Assembly: GCA_039630085.1 (NCBI GenBank) | Contig: JBCNVM010000003.1 | Span: 1 to 64,000, forward strand | Reading direction: 5' to 3' | Origin: Candidatus Caldarchaeales archaeon | GTDB taxonomy: Archaea; Thermoproteota; Nitrososphaeria_A; Caldarchaeales; Calditenuaceae | Length of the DNA: 64,000 nt | Part shown: positions 19,452 through 28,991 of the stretch, piece by piece | Numbering within the stretch: position 1 is the first letter of the stretch | Layout: every line of letters starts with the position of its first letter | Notes under the pieces: generated by a model | Seen by the model: the letters and a program-made list of their open reading frames with translations, nothing else | The model's database searches: none | Told to the model about the DNA's origin: nothing | Position numbers and translations under genes: made by a program

Positions 19452-20255
19452 TCACTTGATGTAGGAGGGCTTGTCCTCCTGCTCCTCGTACTCGGCCTCG
19501 AGCCTCCTGACCAGCTCCTTGAGGTCCTCGTCGCTCTCCACCAGCGAGTTGACTTTGCTCTCGAAGATCGTCGCGTCGAAGTAGAGCCTCTCCAGCCTCA
19601 GCGGGACCTCCACGATCGTCGCGAGCTTCTCTAAGACGGCCAGCACGGCCCTCGGGTTCGGGATGTTCAGGTAGGAGGGCACGTGTCCCCAGAGTGAGAC
19701 CGCCTCCAGCCCCCTCAGCGCCGAGTTGTACATGATGAAGCTGTGCATCGAGGCCGGGCCCCTGTAGTTGGAGGGGTTCAGGCCGTGAAGCATGCACTTC
19801 GCGTAGAGCCGCTCGCTGGTCGTCAGGAACGAGATCCTCACCGGCTTGGTGTGGGGCGTCCTGTCGATGAGCCCTCCTATGGTCACCAGCAGCCTCGAGC
19901 CGACCGCGTCCATGAGCTCGAAGAGGTTGTCGATGAACTCCTTCCAGCTGTGGGAGAGCTCGTATCCGTTCACCAGCACCAAGTCCCTGTCTTTCTTGAT
20001 CGCGTAGTGTATCTCGAACGCCGGCATCTTCAGGTCCCTGATGAACCCGCCCTCGATCGTGACGATAGGCCTGTGCTGCGTGTGGTCGATCAGGTCGGCG
20101 ACCTCCATCCTCCCCATCTCGGCGGCGCCCTCGGACTCCCTGAGGTACGCCAGGGAAAGCGTCGAGACGTTCCCCGCGTCGGCCCAGCCCCCGAAACCGA
20201 CTATCGTGATCGGGTCCCTCAGCTGCGGCACCTTGATCAAGTTGAGCCTTTTCAA
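19452..20255 (-). CDS. PAC2-family protein (second paralog)
   Basis: GFGGWADAG, RP, TPHTKP, YRGP, SLWGHVPSYL..PNPRA; C-terminus KPSYIK. Confidence 0.85.
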   Translation of the reverse strand: MKRLNLIKVPQLRDPITIVGFGGWADAGNVSTLSLAYLRESEGAAEMGRMEVADLIDHTQHRPIVTIEGGFIRDLKMPAFEIHYAIKKDRDLVLVNGYELSHSWKEFIDNLFELMDAVGSRLLVTIGGLIDRTPHTKPVRISFLTTSERLYAKCMLHGLNPSNYRGPASMHSFIMYNSALRGLEAVSLWGHVPSYLNIPNPRAVLAVLEKLATIVEVPLRLERLYFDATIFESKVNSLVESDEDLKELVRRLEAEYEEQEDKPSYIK

Positions 20256-20324
20256 TCCCGTTGACGGAATACGGGCCGGTCTAAAAGGTCTTGTGCCGTG
20301 AAAGCGGTCGAGAGGTTCCTTATC

Positions 20325-21179
20325 CTACGAGACGCGGCCGCTGATGTACGCCTCAGTCCTAGAGTCCCTCGGTGACGTGAAGATCTCCTTCGTCGGCCCG
20401 AACTCGATCAGCCTCCCCACGAGGTTCTCGTCGGGCATCATCACCGCGGTGTAATCAGAGACCCTGGCGGCCTGCTGCATGTTGTGGGTCACGATGATGA
20501 TCGTGTAGTCGTGCTTGAGGGCGACGAGCAGCCTCTCGATCTTCGATGTCGATATGGGGTCGAGGGAGACGGTCGGCTCGTCGAGGAGGAGGACCTCGGG
20601 CTCGACCGCTAGGGCCCTAGCTATGCAGAGCCTCTGCTGCTGGCCGCCGGAGAGGGAGTAGGCGTGGGCGTCGAGCCTGTCCTTCACCTCGTCCCATAGC
20701 GCCGCCTTCACGAGCGCCTCCTGGACCCTCCTCCTGAGCTCGTCCCTGGAGAGCTTGAAGCCGTTCACCCTCAGCCCGAAGGCGACGTTGTCGAAGATGC
20801 TCATGGGGAACGGGTTCGGCCGCTGGAAGACCATCCCTATCCTCGATCTGATGTAGACCGGGTCGACCTCCCTCGAGTAGATGTCGATACCGTTGAAGAA
20901 CACCTTCCCCCTAACTGCCGCGCCGGGTATCAGGTCGTTCATCCTGTTGAGGGACCTGAGGAGCGTCGACTTCCCGCAGCCCGACGGCCCTATGATCGCG
21001 GTGATCGCGTTCCTCCTGAACCTAATGGTGATGTCCTCGATCGCGACCCGACCGTGGTATGAGACCGAGAGGCCCTCGGTGACTATCGCCGCGTCCCTCT
21101 CCACGACCTCTCCCAACTCGTCCTTCCTCTCTGAGATGATAACCTTTATCCGCTCCAGGACCTCCTCCTCTGCCGTCAC
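20325..21179 (-). CDS. pstB: Phosphate ABC transporter ATPase
   Basis: [45 protein letters not shown]. Confidence 0.97.
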   Translation of the reverse strand: MTAEEEVLERIKVIISERKDELGEVVERDAAIVTEGLSVSYHGRVAIEDITIRFRRNAITAIIGPSGCGKSTLLRSLNRMNDLIPGAAVRGKVFFNGIDIYSREVDPVYIRSRIGMVFQRPNPFPMSIFDNVAFGLRVNGFKLSRDELRRRVQEALVKAALWDEVKDRLDAHAYSLSGGQQQRLCIARALAVEPEVLLLDEPTVSLDPISTSKIERLLVALKHDYTIIIVTHNMQQAARVSDYTAVMMPDENLVGRLIEFGPTKEIFTSPRDSRTEAYISGRVS

Positions 21180-22072
21180 GCCGCCTCCAGCCTCCTGTAC
21201 AGCCTGTACCTCAAGTAAATTGCGACGGAGTTGAGTGCCAGTAGAATCAGCAGCAGGACGATTATCGCGGCCGCGGAGAGCTCCTGGAAGGCGGGCAGTG
21301 GTCTCGAGATCCAGTTGAAGAGCTGGAGCGGGATCACCGTGAACCTGCTGAAGAGCGAGACCGGGTCCTCCCTGATGAAGAGGAGGCCGCTGATGATCAG
21401 TATCGGCGCCGCCTCCCCTATCGCCCTCGAGATGCCTAGGATTCCGCCCGTGAGCATCATCGGGAGGGCCCTGGGGAGGATGATCGACCTGACGACCTGG
21501 AGCCTAGTAGCTCCCAGCGCGTATGCCCCGAACTTCAGGTCCTCCGGGACCGTCTTGATCGCCTCGACGCAGGTCACCGTGACGTAGGGCAGCGTCAGTA
21601 TGGCCAAGGTGAAGGCCCCCGCGATCACGCTCCGTCCTAGGCCGAGCCCGTAGACCAGGAACCCGAGCCCCACGATCCCGAAGACGACCGACGGGACGCC
21701 CGCGAGGTTCGCGATGTTGTACCTGAGGACCTCGGCCCACCTCCTCCCTCCCGCGTACTCGACGAGGTAGATCGCGGACGCGATGCTCAGGGGGATGCAG
21801 ATCAGCGCGGAGAGTCCCACGGTGACGACCGTTCCCAGCAACGCGGACCTCATTCCGGCCTCCGAGGGGTTGGCCGAGGGGTACTCGGTGATCAGGTTGA
21901 GGTTCAGCCTGTCGTACCCCGTCGTCACCACGTCGAAGAGCAGGGCCGCCAGCACCGTGACGCCGAGGAAGACGCCGAGGCTTAGCACCACCGGCACGAC
22001 CCTGTCGAGTGTTCTCTTGAGGTCGGACCTCTTCCGGGCCAAGTCCTCGTACCTCAGTACCTGATCTCCCAT
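21176..22072 (-). CDS. pstA: Phosphate ABC transporter permease
   Basis: [34 protein letters not shown]. Confidence 0.95.
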   Translation of the reverse strand: MGDQVLRYEDLARKRSDLKRTLDRVVPVVLSLGVFLGVTVLAALLFDVVTTGYDRLNLNLITEYPSANPSEAGMRSALLGTVVTVGLSALICIPLSIASAIYLVEYAGGRRWAEVLRYNIANLAGVPSVVFGIVGLGFLVYGLGLGRSVIAGAFTLAILTLPYVTVTCVEAIKTVPEDLKFGAYALGATRLQVVRSIILPRALPMMLTGGILGISRAIGEAAPILIISGLLFIREDPVSLFSRFTVIPLQLFNWISRPLPAFQELSAAAIIVLLLILLALNSVAIYLRYRLYRRLEAA

Positions 22073-22974
22073 CTCCTGATCACCTTCAACCCGACGAAGT
22101 TCAGGGTCGCCGTTATCACGAGGAGCAGGAACCCGACCGCGAAGAGGGACTGGTACTCGATCGTGCCGTGTGGCGCGTCTCCCGTCGCTACTTGGGCGAG
22201 GTAGGAGGTCATCGTCTGCATCGACTCACCGACGTTGAACGAGAGGACCGGCCTGAAACCTCCGGCGATCGCCGCTATCATCGTCTCACCCATCGCCCTC
22301 GCGAACGCCAGAACTATCGAGGCGACGATGCCTGAAAGCGCCGCCGGCAGGACCACTCGGAAGACAACGTCGATCTTCCTCGAGCCGAGCGAATACGCCG
22401 CGAGCCTGAGGTCGTAGGGGACGGCCTTCATCGCGTCGTCGCTTATCGAGACCACGATGGGCAGCGTGAGGACGCCGATCATCAGGCCGACGGCGAGCGC
22501 GTTGTGGATCGAGAGGTCCTCCCAGAACGCTCTCAGGAAGTTCGGGGTGACGAAGTAGAGGGCGAAGTAGCCGTACACCACCGTCGGTACCCCTGAGAGC
22601 GTCTCGATCACAGGCTTCATAAAGTTCCTGAACCTCTGGGACGCGTACTCGCTCAGGTAGATGGCTGCGGCGAGCCCTGCAGGCCCGGCGACCGCTATCG
22701 CGATCGCGGAGGTCGTCAGCGTCGCGTTGAGCAAGGGGAGGACGCCGAAGTGCTTGTCCGCGAACAGCGCCGTCCACTTAGTACCGGTTAGGAACTCGAT
22801 GATGCTGACCCGCGTGAAGAAGCTGACCGACTCGACGGAGAGCGTGACGAAGATCACGATCAACGCGAGGGTCGAGACTAGGGTTGCCGCAAGGACGATG
22901 ACCATGAAGAGCCTGTCCTGTGCCCTCCTTCTCCTCACGGACCTGAGGAACTGGTCAGACGAGAGGTAACCCAA
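22054..22974 (-). CDS. pstC: Phosphate ABC transporter permease
   Basis: AIYLSEYA, GVPTVVYG, RAMGETM. Confidence 0.95.
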   Translation of the reverse strand: MGYLSSDQFLRSVRRRRAQDRLFMVIVLAATLVSTLALIVIFVTLSVESVSFFTRVSIIEFLTGTKWTALFADKHFGVLPLLNATLTTSAIAIAVAGPAGLAAAIYLSEYASQRFRNFMKPVIETLSGVPTVVYGYFALYFVTPNFLRAFWEDLSIHNALAVGLMIGVLTLPIVVSISDDAMKAVPYDLRLAAYSLGSRKIDVVFRVVLPAALSGIVASIVLAFARAMGETMIAAIAGGFRPVLSFNVGESMQTMTSYLAQVATGDAPHGTIEYQSLFAVGFLLLVITATLNFVGLKVIRRWEIRY

Positions 22975-23019
22975 AAATTCTCACCGGACTCAGGAAAAAT
23001 TTAGCATAATAACCGTTGT

Positions 23020-24177
23020 TCAGCGCGGGCCGGCGTTCCTGAGCGCGATCTGCGTCAGCCCGTAGAGGCCGTCGGTCACTCCGGACTTCAGCAGGTGCGC
23101 AGCGAGCTCGTAGTAGACCGTCGGGAGCGGCGTGTACTTCACCTTCTTGGCGAAATCCGCGCCGTTCTGGACGTAGAAGATCACGAACTCCCTAAGGGCA
23201 GGCTTCTCTTCGTACTTCTTCTTGTTGACGTAAATGAACAGCGGCCTCGAGAGCGGGTACCTGAAGGTCGAGACGGTCTCGTCGTTCGGCTCGACGCAGG
23301 TCGAACCAGCGACGGCGTCGTCCCTGACGGGCACGACCTTCACCCTCCCCGCGGCCTCTGCGACGTAGGCGTACGGGATGTAACCGAGGGCGAACCTCTC
23401 AGCCGCGACGCCGGCGATCAGGACGTTGTCGTCCTCGGAGGCGACGTAGTCGGTCCTGGATGCCTTCGCCTTGCCTACGACCCTCTCGGTGAAGTAGTCG
23501 AACGTACCCGAGTCGGGGCCGGCTCCGTACAGCTTGATCGGCTGGTCCGGCCAACCACTCCTGACCTGACTCCACTTAGTTATCTTGCTGTCGGGCTTCC
23601 AAATCTCCCTCAGCTCGGAGATCGTGATGCAGTCGACCCAGGTGTTGGTCGGGTGGACGACGATCGCGAGTCCCTCAAGGGCCAGCGGGACCTCGAACCA
23701 CACGATCCCGTTCTTCGCTGCGGACTCGGCCTCGGCCTTGGTTATCGGCCGGGAGGCATCGTTTATGTCGGTCTCGCCCACCACGAACCTCTTGAAGCCG
23801 CCGCCGGTCCCGGAGATCCCGACGGAAATCTTCACTCCAGGGTGGAGCTTCATGAAGGCCTCTGCCGCTGCCTCGGTGAGCGGATAGACGGTGCTGGAGC
23901 CGTCGATCTCAATCGTGCCTGTCAGCCTCGGCGGCTGCGGAGGCGTTGGTGTCACGGTGACCGTCGCGGTCAGGGTGACCGGCTGCGTCACTGTCCTCAC
24001 GACCGTTGCGCCGCCGGCGGTCACCGTCTCGACCCTCGTCACGGTCACTCCGGCCGGTCCCATTCCTCCGACGAAGAACATCGCCACTGCTCCGACGACG
24101 AGCCCCACGACGAGCATCACGGCGGCCATCGCGGTCGGCGTCGCCCCCTTCACTCCTGACTTGGTTCCCGATGCCAT
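23020..24177 (-). CDS. pstS: Phosphate ABC transporter substrate-binding protein with N-terminal membrane anchor and Thr-rich linker
   Basis: IDGSSTVYP, SGTGGGFKRF, ASRPI, SGTFDYF, SEDDN, YPLSRPLFIY. Confidence 0.95.
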   Translation of the reverse strand: MASGTKSGVKGATPTAMAAVMLVVGLVVGAVAMFFVGGMGPAGVTVTRVETVTAGGATVVRTVTQPVTLTATVTVTPTPPQPPRLTGTIEIDGSSTVYPLTEAAAEAFMKLHPGVKISVGISGTGGGFKRFVVGETDINDASRPITKAEAESAAKNGIVWFEVPLALEGLAIVVHPTNTWVDCITISELREIWKPDSKITKWSQVRSGWPDQPIKLYGAGPDSGTFDYFTERVVGKAKASRTDYVASEDDNVLIAGVAAERFALGYIPYAYVAEAAGRVKVVPVRDDAVAGSTCVEPNDETVSTFRYPLSRPLFIYVNKKKYEEKPALREFVIFYVQNGADFAKKVKYTPLPTVYYELAAHLLKSGVTDGLYGLTQIALRNAGPR

Positions 24178-24216
24178 CTCGGCGGGCCGACGTTCTGGGT
24201 CAAATAAGTAGATTCC

Positions 24217-24308
24217 CTAAATTCTATATAGACTAAGCAATATTCTAAATAGAACACATAGATAAATGGCCAAATCATCCCTAAATAGTGAAGATCGGTT
24301 CTATATAT
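24217..24308. promoter_or_regulatory. Repeated CTAWATAK elements in the divergent pstS/phoU intergenic region (candidate operators/TATA boxes)
   Basis: CTATATAG 24224, CTAAATAG 24245, CTAAATAG 24281, CTATATAT 24301. Confidence 0.5.
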
Positions 24309-24312
24309 ACCG

Positions 24313-25344
24313 ATGAGGGTTCACGTCAGGAGGGTTCAGCAGACGGGAGGTGCGACCCTCACAGTCTCGCTGCCAAAGCTCTGGGCCGAGAAGTACGGGC
24401 TGGGCAGGGGGAGCGAGCTGATCGAGGTCGAGGGCGAGGACGGGCCCCTGATCCTGATGCCGAAGGAGGTGGCGCTTTCGGACGGGGAGCTGGTCATCGA
24501 GCCCGGGACCACTCTGGAGCAGGCGACGAGGAGGCTGATCTCGCTCTACTTGGCAGGGTACGAGACGATCGTCGTCAGGGAGAGGGGAGGGGTCGCGATA
24601 CAGAGGGCCCTGAAGAGCCTGATCAGGAGGTGGCTGGTCGGAGTCGAGGTAGTCGACGAGAGGCTTGACGGGATGGTCCTGAGCGTGATGAGGCTCTACG
24701 AGAACCTGACGCCACTGACCGTCCTCGAGCGGATGGGGACGATGGCCGCGAACATGGTCCACGACAGCCTCTCGCTACTGGAGGACCCGTCGCCGGAGGA
24801 GGCCGCGGACCTGCTCGACCGTGACGACGAGGTCGACCGGTTCTACCATTACCTTCTGAGGTGCGTGAACGTCTCCCTGATAGACCCGAGGACCCTGAAG
24901 GCCGTCGAGGTGAGCGACCCGCAAGCCCTGATAGGGTACACGCTGGTCGCGAGGAGCTTCGAGCGGGTCGCGGACCACGCGACGACGATCGCCTCGATAT
25001 CGCTCGACAAGTACTGGTCCTTCGACCCGATAAGCGACTTCTACCCGATCTGCCTCGAGTCCGAGCACGCGTTCAGGAGGGCCGTCGACCTGGTCCTGAG
25101 GCCTGACCAGAGGACGGCGCTGAGGTCCCTCGAGGAGACCGACGAGCTGCTGGCCAAGCTGGAGTCCGGGTTCTCCGAGGTCCAGGCCAGGTGCTCGAGG
25201 AACGACCCGATGGTGCTGTACAGGATGCTCTTCGACAACGTGAGGAGGGTCGTCGAGTACTCAATGGACGTCTACGAGATCGCGCTCAACCTCACGACGC
25301 CTAAGCCCAAGCTGGTGCCGACGAGGCGTCCCGGGCCGACCTGA
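24313..25344 (+). CDS. phoU: Archaeal phosphate uptake regulator (AbrB-like N-terminus + PhoU domains)
   Basis: RRVQQTGGATLTVSLPKLWA, YLAGY, DDEVDRFY, ERVADHA; divergent from pstSCAB. Confidence 0.92.
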   Translation: MRVHVRRVQQTGGATLTVSLPKLWAEKYGLGRGSELIEVEGEDGPLILMPKEVALSDGELVIEPGTTLEQATRRLISLYLAGYETIVVRERGGVAIQRALKSLIRRWLVGVEVVDERLDGMVLSVMRLYENLTPLTVLERMGTMAANMVHDSLSLLEDPSPEEAADLLDRDDEVDRFYHYLLRCVNVSLIDPRTLKAVEVSDPQALIGYTLVARSFERVADHATTIASISLDKYWSFDPISDFYPICLESEHAFRRAVDLVLRPDQRTALRSLEETDELLAKLESGFSEVQARCSRNDPMVLYRMLFDNVRRVVEYSMDVYEIALNLTTPKPKLVPTRRPGPT

Positions 25345-25357
25345 TGCCGGATAGGGG

Positions 25358-25504
25358 TCACTTCTTGACGTATCTCGCCGGGTCTCTCCTGAACTGGTCG
25401 AGGCACTGCTGCCTGCAGAAGTAGTAAGTCACGCCCTGGTGCGTATACGTGAACCTGCTGGACTTCTCGTCGACCTTCATGCCGCAGACCGGGTCTATCG
25501 CCAC
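25358..25504 (-). CDS. YHS/TRASH domain metal-binding microprotein, 48 aa (not in ORF track)
   Basis: MAIDPVCGMKVDEKSSRFTYTHQGVTYYFCRQQCLDQFRRDPARYVKK; TTATAA box ~25 nt upstream. Confidence 0.92.
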   Translation of the reverse strand: MAIDPVCGMKVDEKSSRFTYTHQGVTYYFCRQQCLDQFRRDPARYVKK

Positions 25505-25568
25505 GGACGCACCTCGACCACGGCCGTTATAAGGCTTGTCGGGCGCCGGCGCGTGCTCGACCGGTCTC

Positions 25569-26183
25569 TCAGCCGTACCAGGGCCTCCACCTAGCCCCGA
25601 GGGCCCCGGATCTCCTAATTGCGTCGATAACGGCCAACGATGCGCCGATGCTGAGGGCCGTGTGGAGGGCGTTGAAGACCGCCGTGTAGAGCAGGACCAG
25701 CGCGATCCCGTGATCGTCGGGGTTCAGGGGCGTCCCGGTGAAGGCCGAGAGCGTCGAGACCGAGAACCGCAGGAAGTCGGGGAAGAACACCACCAGCACG
25801 AGGTAATTGGTCGCGCTCATCACGGCGACCCTCGCGAGGCAGCCGGCCGTCCAGCCCGTGAGCTTCATCGCCAGCGGGGGGTTCCTCCTCGTGAAGTGGA
25901 AGACCGCCCAGATGCCCCCCATCGTGGATATGACGGCCAGGAACTTCATCAGCGGGCCGAGCGGCGAGAACTGGCCGATGACCAGCAAGCCGAAGAAGTA
26001 GATCGTGGACGCGAGGAGGCCCGCGGAGGGCCCGAAGCCCAGCGCCGCCACGAATGCCGGGACCTCGGCCAGATCGAACCTGAGATACGGGATCGGGGGA
26101 TACGAGAAGCTGAGCGGAAGGACCGCCATCGCCGCCGAGATCACGCCTAGGGAGGCTCCGGTCGCGGTCTTTAGGGCGTCCAC
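25569..26183 (-). CDS. ECF transporter S component (RibU-like)
   Basis: PPIPYLRFDLAEVP..GP..G, MKF, RVAVM..NY, VFNALH; ~6 TM. Confidence 0.8.
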   Translation of the reverse strand: MDALKTATGASLGVISAAMAVLPLSFSYPPIPYLRFDLAEVPAFVAALGFGPSAGLLASTIYFFGLLVIGQFSPLGPLMKFLAVISTMGGIWAVFHFTRRNPPLAMKLTGWTAGCLARVAVMSATNYLVLVVFFPDFLRFSVSTLSAFTGTPLNPDDHGIALVLLYTAVFNALHTALSIGASLAVIDAIRRSGALGARWRPWYG

Positions 26184-26205
26184 ATCAGAGCGTTGCTCTG
26201 CCTAC

Positions 26206-26221
26206 TACTCAATATTGAGTA
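26206..26221. promoter_or_regulatory. Perfect 16-bp palindrome, candidate operator
   Basis: TACTCAATATTGAGTA. Confidence 0.55.
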
Positions 26222-26330
26222 AGTAACCAGTTATGAGTGACTAGGTTACGTTTTTATGGAACCATTGATCCAAAATGGTTTCACCGTTCGGGTAAAAACA
26301 TTATTATTGGTGGGGTGATAACTGAATCAC

Positions 26331-26624
26331 GTGAGCAGCGAGGAGGACGGCTTAAAGGACCTGGCGAAGGTCCTGAGCGCGTTGGGGAACATCACGAGAT
26401 TACGGATCCTCAAGCTGGTATCCGAGACTGACAGGCCGCTCCACATCAAGGCGCTCTCGAGGGCCCTCAAGGTGAGGTACAGCGCGGTCTACAGACACGT
26501 CGTTACGCTCAGAAAGGCCGGGATCGTGACGGTTCATGAGGTCGGGAGGTCCCGCGTCGTCGCGATCCGTCGCAAGAGAGAGCTAGATGACTTGCTAAAG
26601 ATCGTTGAATTATTTGCGAGATAG
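26331..26624 (+). CDS. ArsR/SmtB-family wHTH regulator
   Basis: LSALGNITRLRILKL..HIKALSRAL..SAVYRHVVTLRKAGIV..GRSR. Confidence 0.88.
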   Translation: MSSEEDGLKDLAKVLSALGNITRLRILKLVSETDRPLHIKALSRALKVRYSAVYRHVVTLRKAGIVTVHEVGRSRVVAIRRKRELDDLLKIVELFAR

Positions 26625-26717
26625 TGATCCATAGCTTAGCAGAAAATGATCAAATCAGCCAAACCCTTGCCAAGCCATTAACAAGTCTTAAATCGATCAT
26701 TTTCGCGGTCGTAAACG

Positions 26718-27371
26718 ATGAACCGGCAGCCCGACAGGTTCCCTAGGACAATATGGATCGCGGGCGTGGCGGCGCTGGGAGGCGCGGCGATCGCGGCGGG
26801 AATCGCGAGGCTCAGCACGCCGTTTCCGCTGTTGCCGTTCCTGAGGTTCGACGCCGCGGAGATCTTCGACGTCCTCTCGATGCTGCTCTTCGGGCCGATC
26901 GGGGGCGTTGTGACGACGCTGGCCCACTGGTACGGCCTGCTGCTCAACGGCGGCGCGTTAGTGCCGGGCGTCAGCGAGACGATGAAGCTGGCCGCGGTCC
27001 TCTCGATGCTGCTGGGACTCTATCTGGGCGTGAGGCTGAGCAGGGGTTCTGTGTGGTGGGGGATGGTCGGCGCCATCGCCTCTAGGACGCTCGTCATGGC
27101 CCTGGTGACCTTCCTGCTCTACTACGTGCTGCTGCCGGGCGTCTACCTGCCGTTCGGCGCGAGGGCGCTCCAGAGGGTAGGGATCACGGTTCAGGGGGAG
27201 CTGACGCTCGCTCTTCTGATGACGGTCCTGAACGCGGTCTTCAACCTGCTCCACGTCTTCGTCAGCGTCGTCCCGGCCTACGCGATACACCGCTCGGTCC
27301 TGAGGGCGCTGCCGTTCTTCAACAGGTACTCTTGGATCCCTGGGAACGCGAAGAAGGTCCTGCCCGGCTGA
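26718..27371 (+). CDS. ECF transporter S component (paralog of 25569..26183)
   Basis: PFPLLPFLRFDAAEIF..FGP.GG, MKL, RTLVM, VFNLLH. Confidence 0.8.
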   Translation: MNRQPDRFPRTIWIAGVAALGGAAIAAGIARLSTPFPLLPFLRFDAAEIFDVLSMLLFGPIGGVVTTLAHWYGLLLNGGALVPGVSETMKLAAVLSMLLGLYLGVRLSRGSVWWGMVGAIASRTLVMALVTFLLYYVLLPGVYLPFGARALQRVGITVQGELTLALLMTVLNAVFNLLHVFVSVVPAYAIHRSVLRALPFFNRYSWIPGNAKKVLPG

Positions 27372-27417
27372 GACTTCCTCTGAACCCTAAATTCACCTCG
27401 TTTTTCCGGACTCATGG

Positions 27418-27987
27418 ATGCGGCGGAGGCTCAACCCCTTCGTGCCCTCGCCCCGCGACGTCCTCGTCAGGGCGCTCAGCGAGGCCGGCGTAGGTCCGGA
27501 CTCGTTCGTAATCGACCTCGGCAGCGGCGACGGCAGGGTTCCGATGCTGGCGGCGAAGGAGTTCGGAGCCAGGGCGGTGGGCGTAGAGATCGACGGCGCC
27601 CTAGTCGAGCACGCGGAGAGGACGAGGAAGGCATCGGGGCTGAAAGGGGTAAGGTTCGTCAGGGCCGACGCTCGCAGGGTCGACTTGGGCTCGGTGGACT
27701 TCGTCTTCACGTACCTCACGACGGACGCCCTCGAGGCGATCAAGCCCGCGCTCCTGACCGCAGATGAGGAGGCCGTGGTCATCGCGCACGACTATCCGGT
27801 GAAGGGATGGACGCCCGCGGAGGTCCTGAGGCTCTGGTCCAGCTCGACGGGAAGGCATCACGTCTTCTACCTCTACAGGGTCGGGGAGGTCCTCAGGGCG
27901 CAAGTCCCGAGTGGGTCGTCCTCGGGAGCCGTCATGGGTTCGGTCCGACCGGGCCTGAGGATCAGATCCCTCCTCGAGAACACGTGA
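27418..27987 (+). CDS. Class I SAM-dependent methyltransferase (FAM173/aKMT-like)
   Basis: PFVPSP, DLGSGDGR, GVEID, FTYL, HDYP..GW. Confidence 0.85.
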   Translation: MRRRLNPFVPSPRDVLVRALSEAGVGPDSFVIDLGSGDGRVPMLAAKEFGARAVGVEIDGALVEHAERTRKASGLKGVRFVRADARRVDLGSVDFVFTYLTTDALEAIKPALLTADEEAVVIAHDYPVKGWTPAEVLRLWSSSTGRHHVFYLYRVGEVLRAQVPSGSSSGAVMGSVRPGLRIRSLLENT

Positions 27988-28022
27988 AACCCTAAAAGCC
28001 TCAGGACGACTGGCCTGACGCG

Positions 28023-28505
28023 ATGGGCAGGACAGGCCGGGAGATCGTTAAGGCGGACATCAACGAGGTCCTCAACGACCTCCTTCAGGCCTACGCCGAC
28101 GAGTGGCTCGCCCACTACCAGTACTGGCTCGCGGCTCAGTGGATAAGGGGGATCGACGCGGACACCCTCAGGCCGGTGCTGATGAAGCAGTCGATGGACG
28201 AGCTGAAGCACGCCGAGAGGCTGGCCCAGAGGATCATCCAGCTCGGGGGAAGACCTGTGATGGACTTCGCGAAGCTCCTCACGACCTCGAGGTGCGGTTA
28301 CATCGCTCCGCCCGAGGACCCGACCGACATCAGGAGGGTGATCGAGGACGTCCTGAAGTCCGAGCAGTGCGCGATCAGGTTCTACAACCAGATGGTCGAG
28401 AAGTACAGGTTCACCGACGTCCTGACGTACGAGATCTTCGAGGAGCTCCTCGAGGACGAGGTCGAGGACGAAGAGGAGTGGGAGAAGTTCCTCGCGAAGC
28501 TCTGA
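28023..28505 (+). CDS. DPS-like (DPSL/thioferritin) ferritin-family protein
   Basis: ADEWLAHYQYW, ELKHAERLAQRIIQLGG, Cys pair (SRCGY, SEQCAI), LEDEVEDE. Confidence 0.88.
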   Translation: MGRTGREIVKADINEVLNDLLQAYADEWLAHYQYWLAAQWIRGIDADTLRPVLMKQSMDELKHAERLAQRIIQLGGRPVMDFAKLLTTSRCGYIAPPEDPTDIRRVIEDVLKSEQCAIRFYNQMVEKYRFTDVLTYEIFEELLEDEVEDEEEWEKFLAKL

Positions 28506-28543
28506 GCGGTTAGCCTTAACGGGGACGCAGTCTTTTTGAGGGC

Positions 28544-28966
28544 GTGAGGCCGAGCCGGGACCCTGCTGCGGCGTACTTCCCGAGGGACGTCACCGAGAGG
28601 GAGAGGGCCGCCTTCGAGGCGGGGATAGCGCTGGCAACGGTATACCGGGCGCTGGTCGGGCTACCGGTGCCCAGGACCGACGGCGAGCTCGAGGGCCTGG
28701 CGAGAGGGGTGGCGTCGGCGGTGCTCTCGCAGCCGTTCAGGGAGGAGGTCGAGGTCAGAGTGAGGAGGCCCAGGGGTCGGAGGGGGAAGGGCCCTTACTC
28801 CTACGGCGAGATAGGCCCCTCGGAGGTCTACGCGAGGGTCAGGGTGCGGTACGGCGAGGCCGAGGTCGTCGGGGAGTTGAGCTTCGTGAAGGAGCTGAAC
28901 TACCCGCTGATGAGGATCGTCGAGATCGGTCCGCGCTCCGGAAGCCCGAAGCGGGTTAAGCATTAA
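28544..28966 (+). CDS. mptD: Archaeal dihydroneopterin aldolase (MptD)
   Basis: TERERAAFEAGIAL...G.PV, QPF, Y.E, YPLM. Confidence 0.8.
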   Translation: MRPSRDPAAAYFPRDVTERERAAFEAGIALATVYRALVGLPVPRTDGELEGLARGVASAVLSQPFREEVEVRVRRPRGRRGKGPYSYGEIGPSEVYARVRVRYGEAEVVGELSFVKELNYPLMRIVEIGPRSGSPKRVKH

Positions 28967-28991
28967 TGGCCTCCGGACCGATGCGCTGCGG

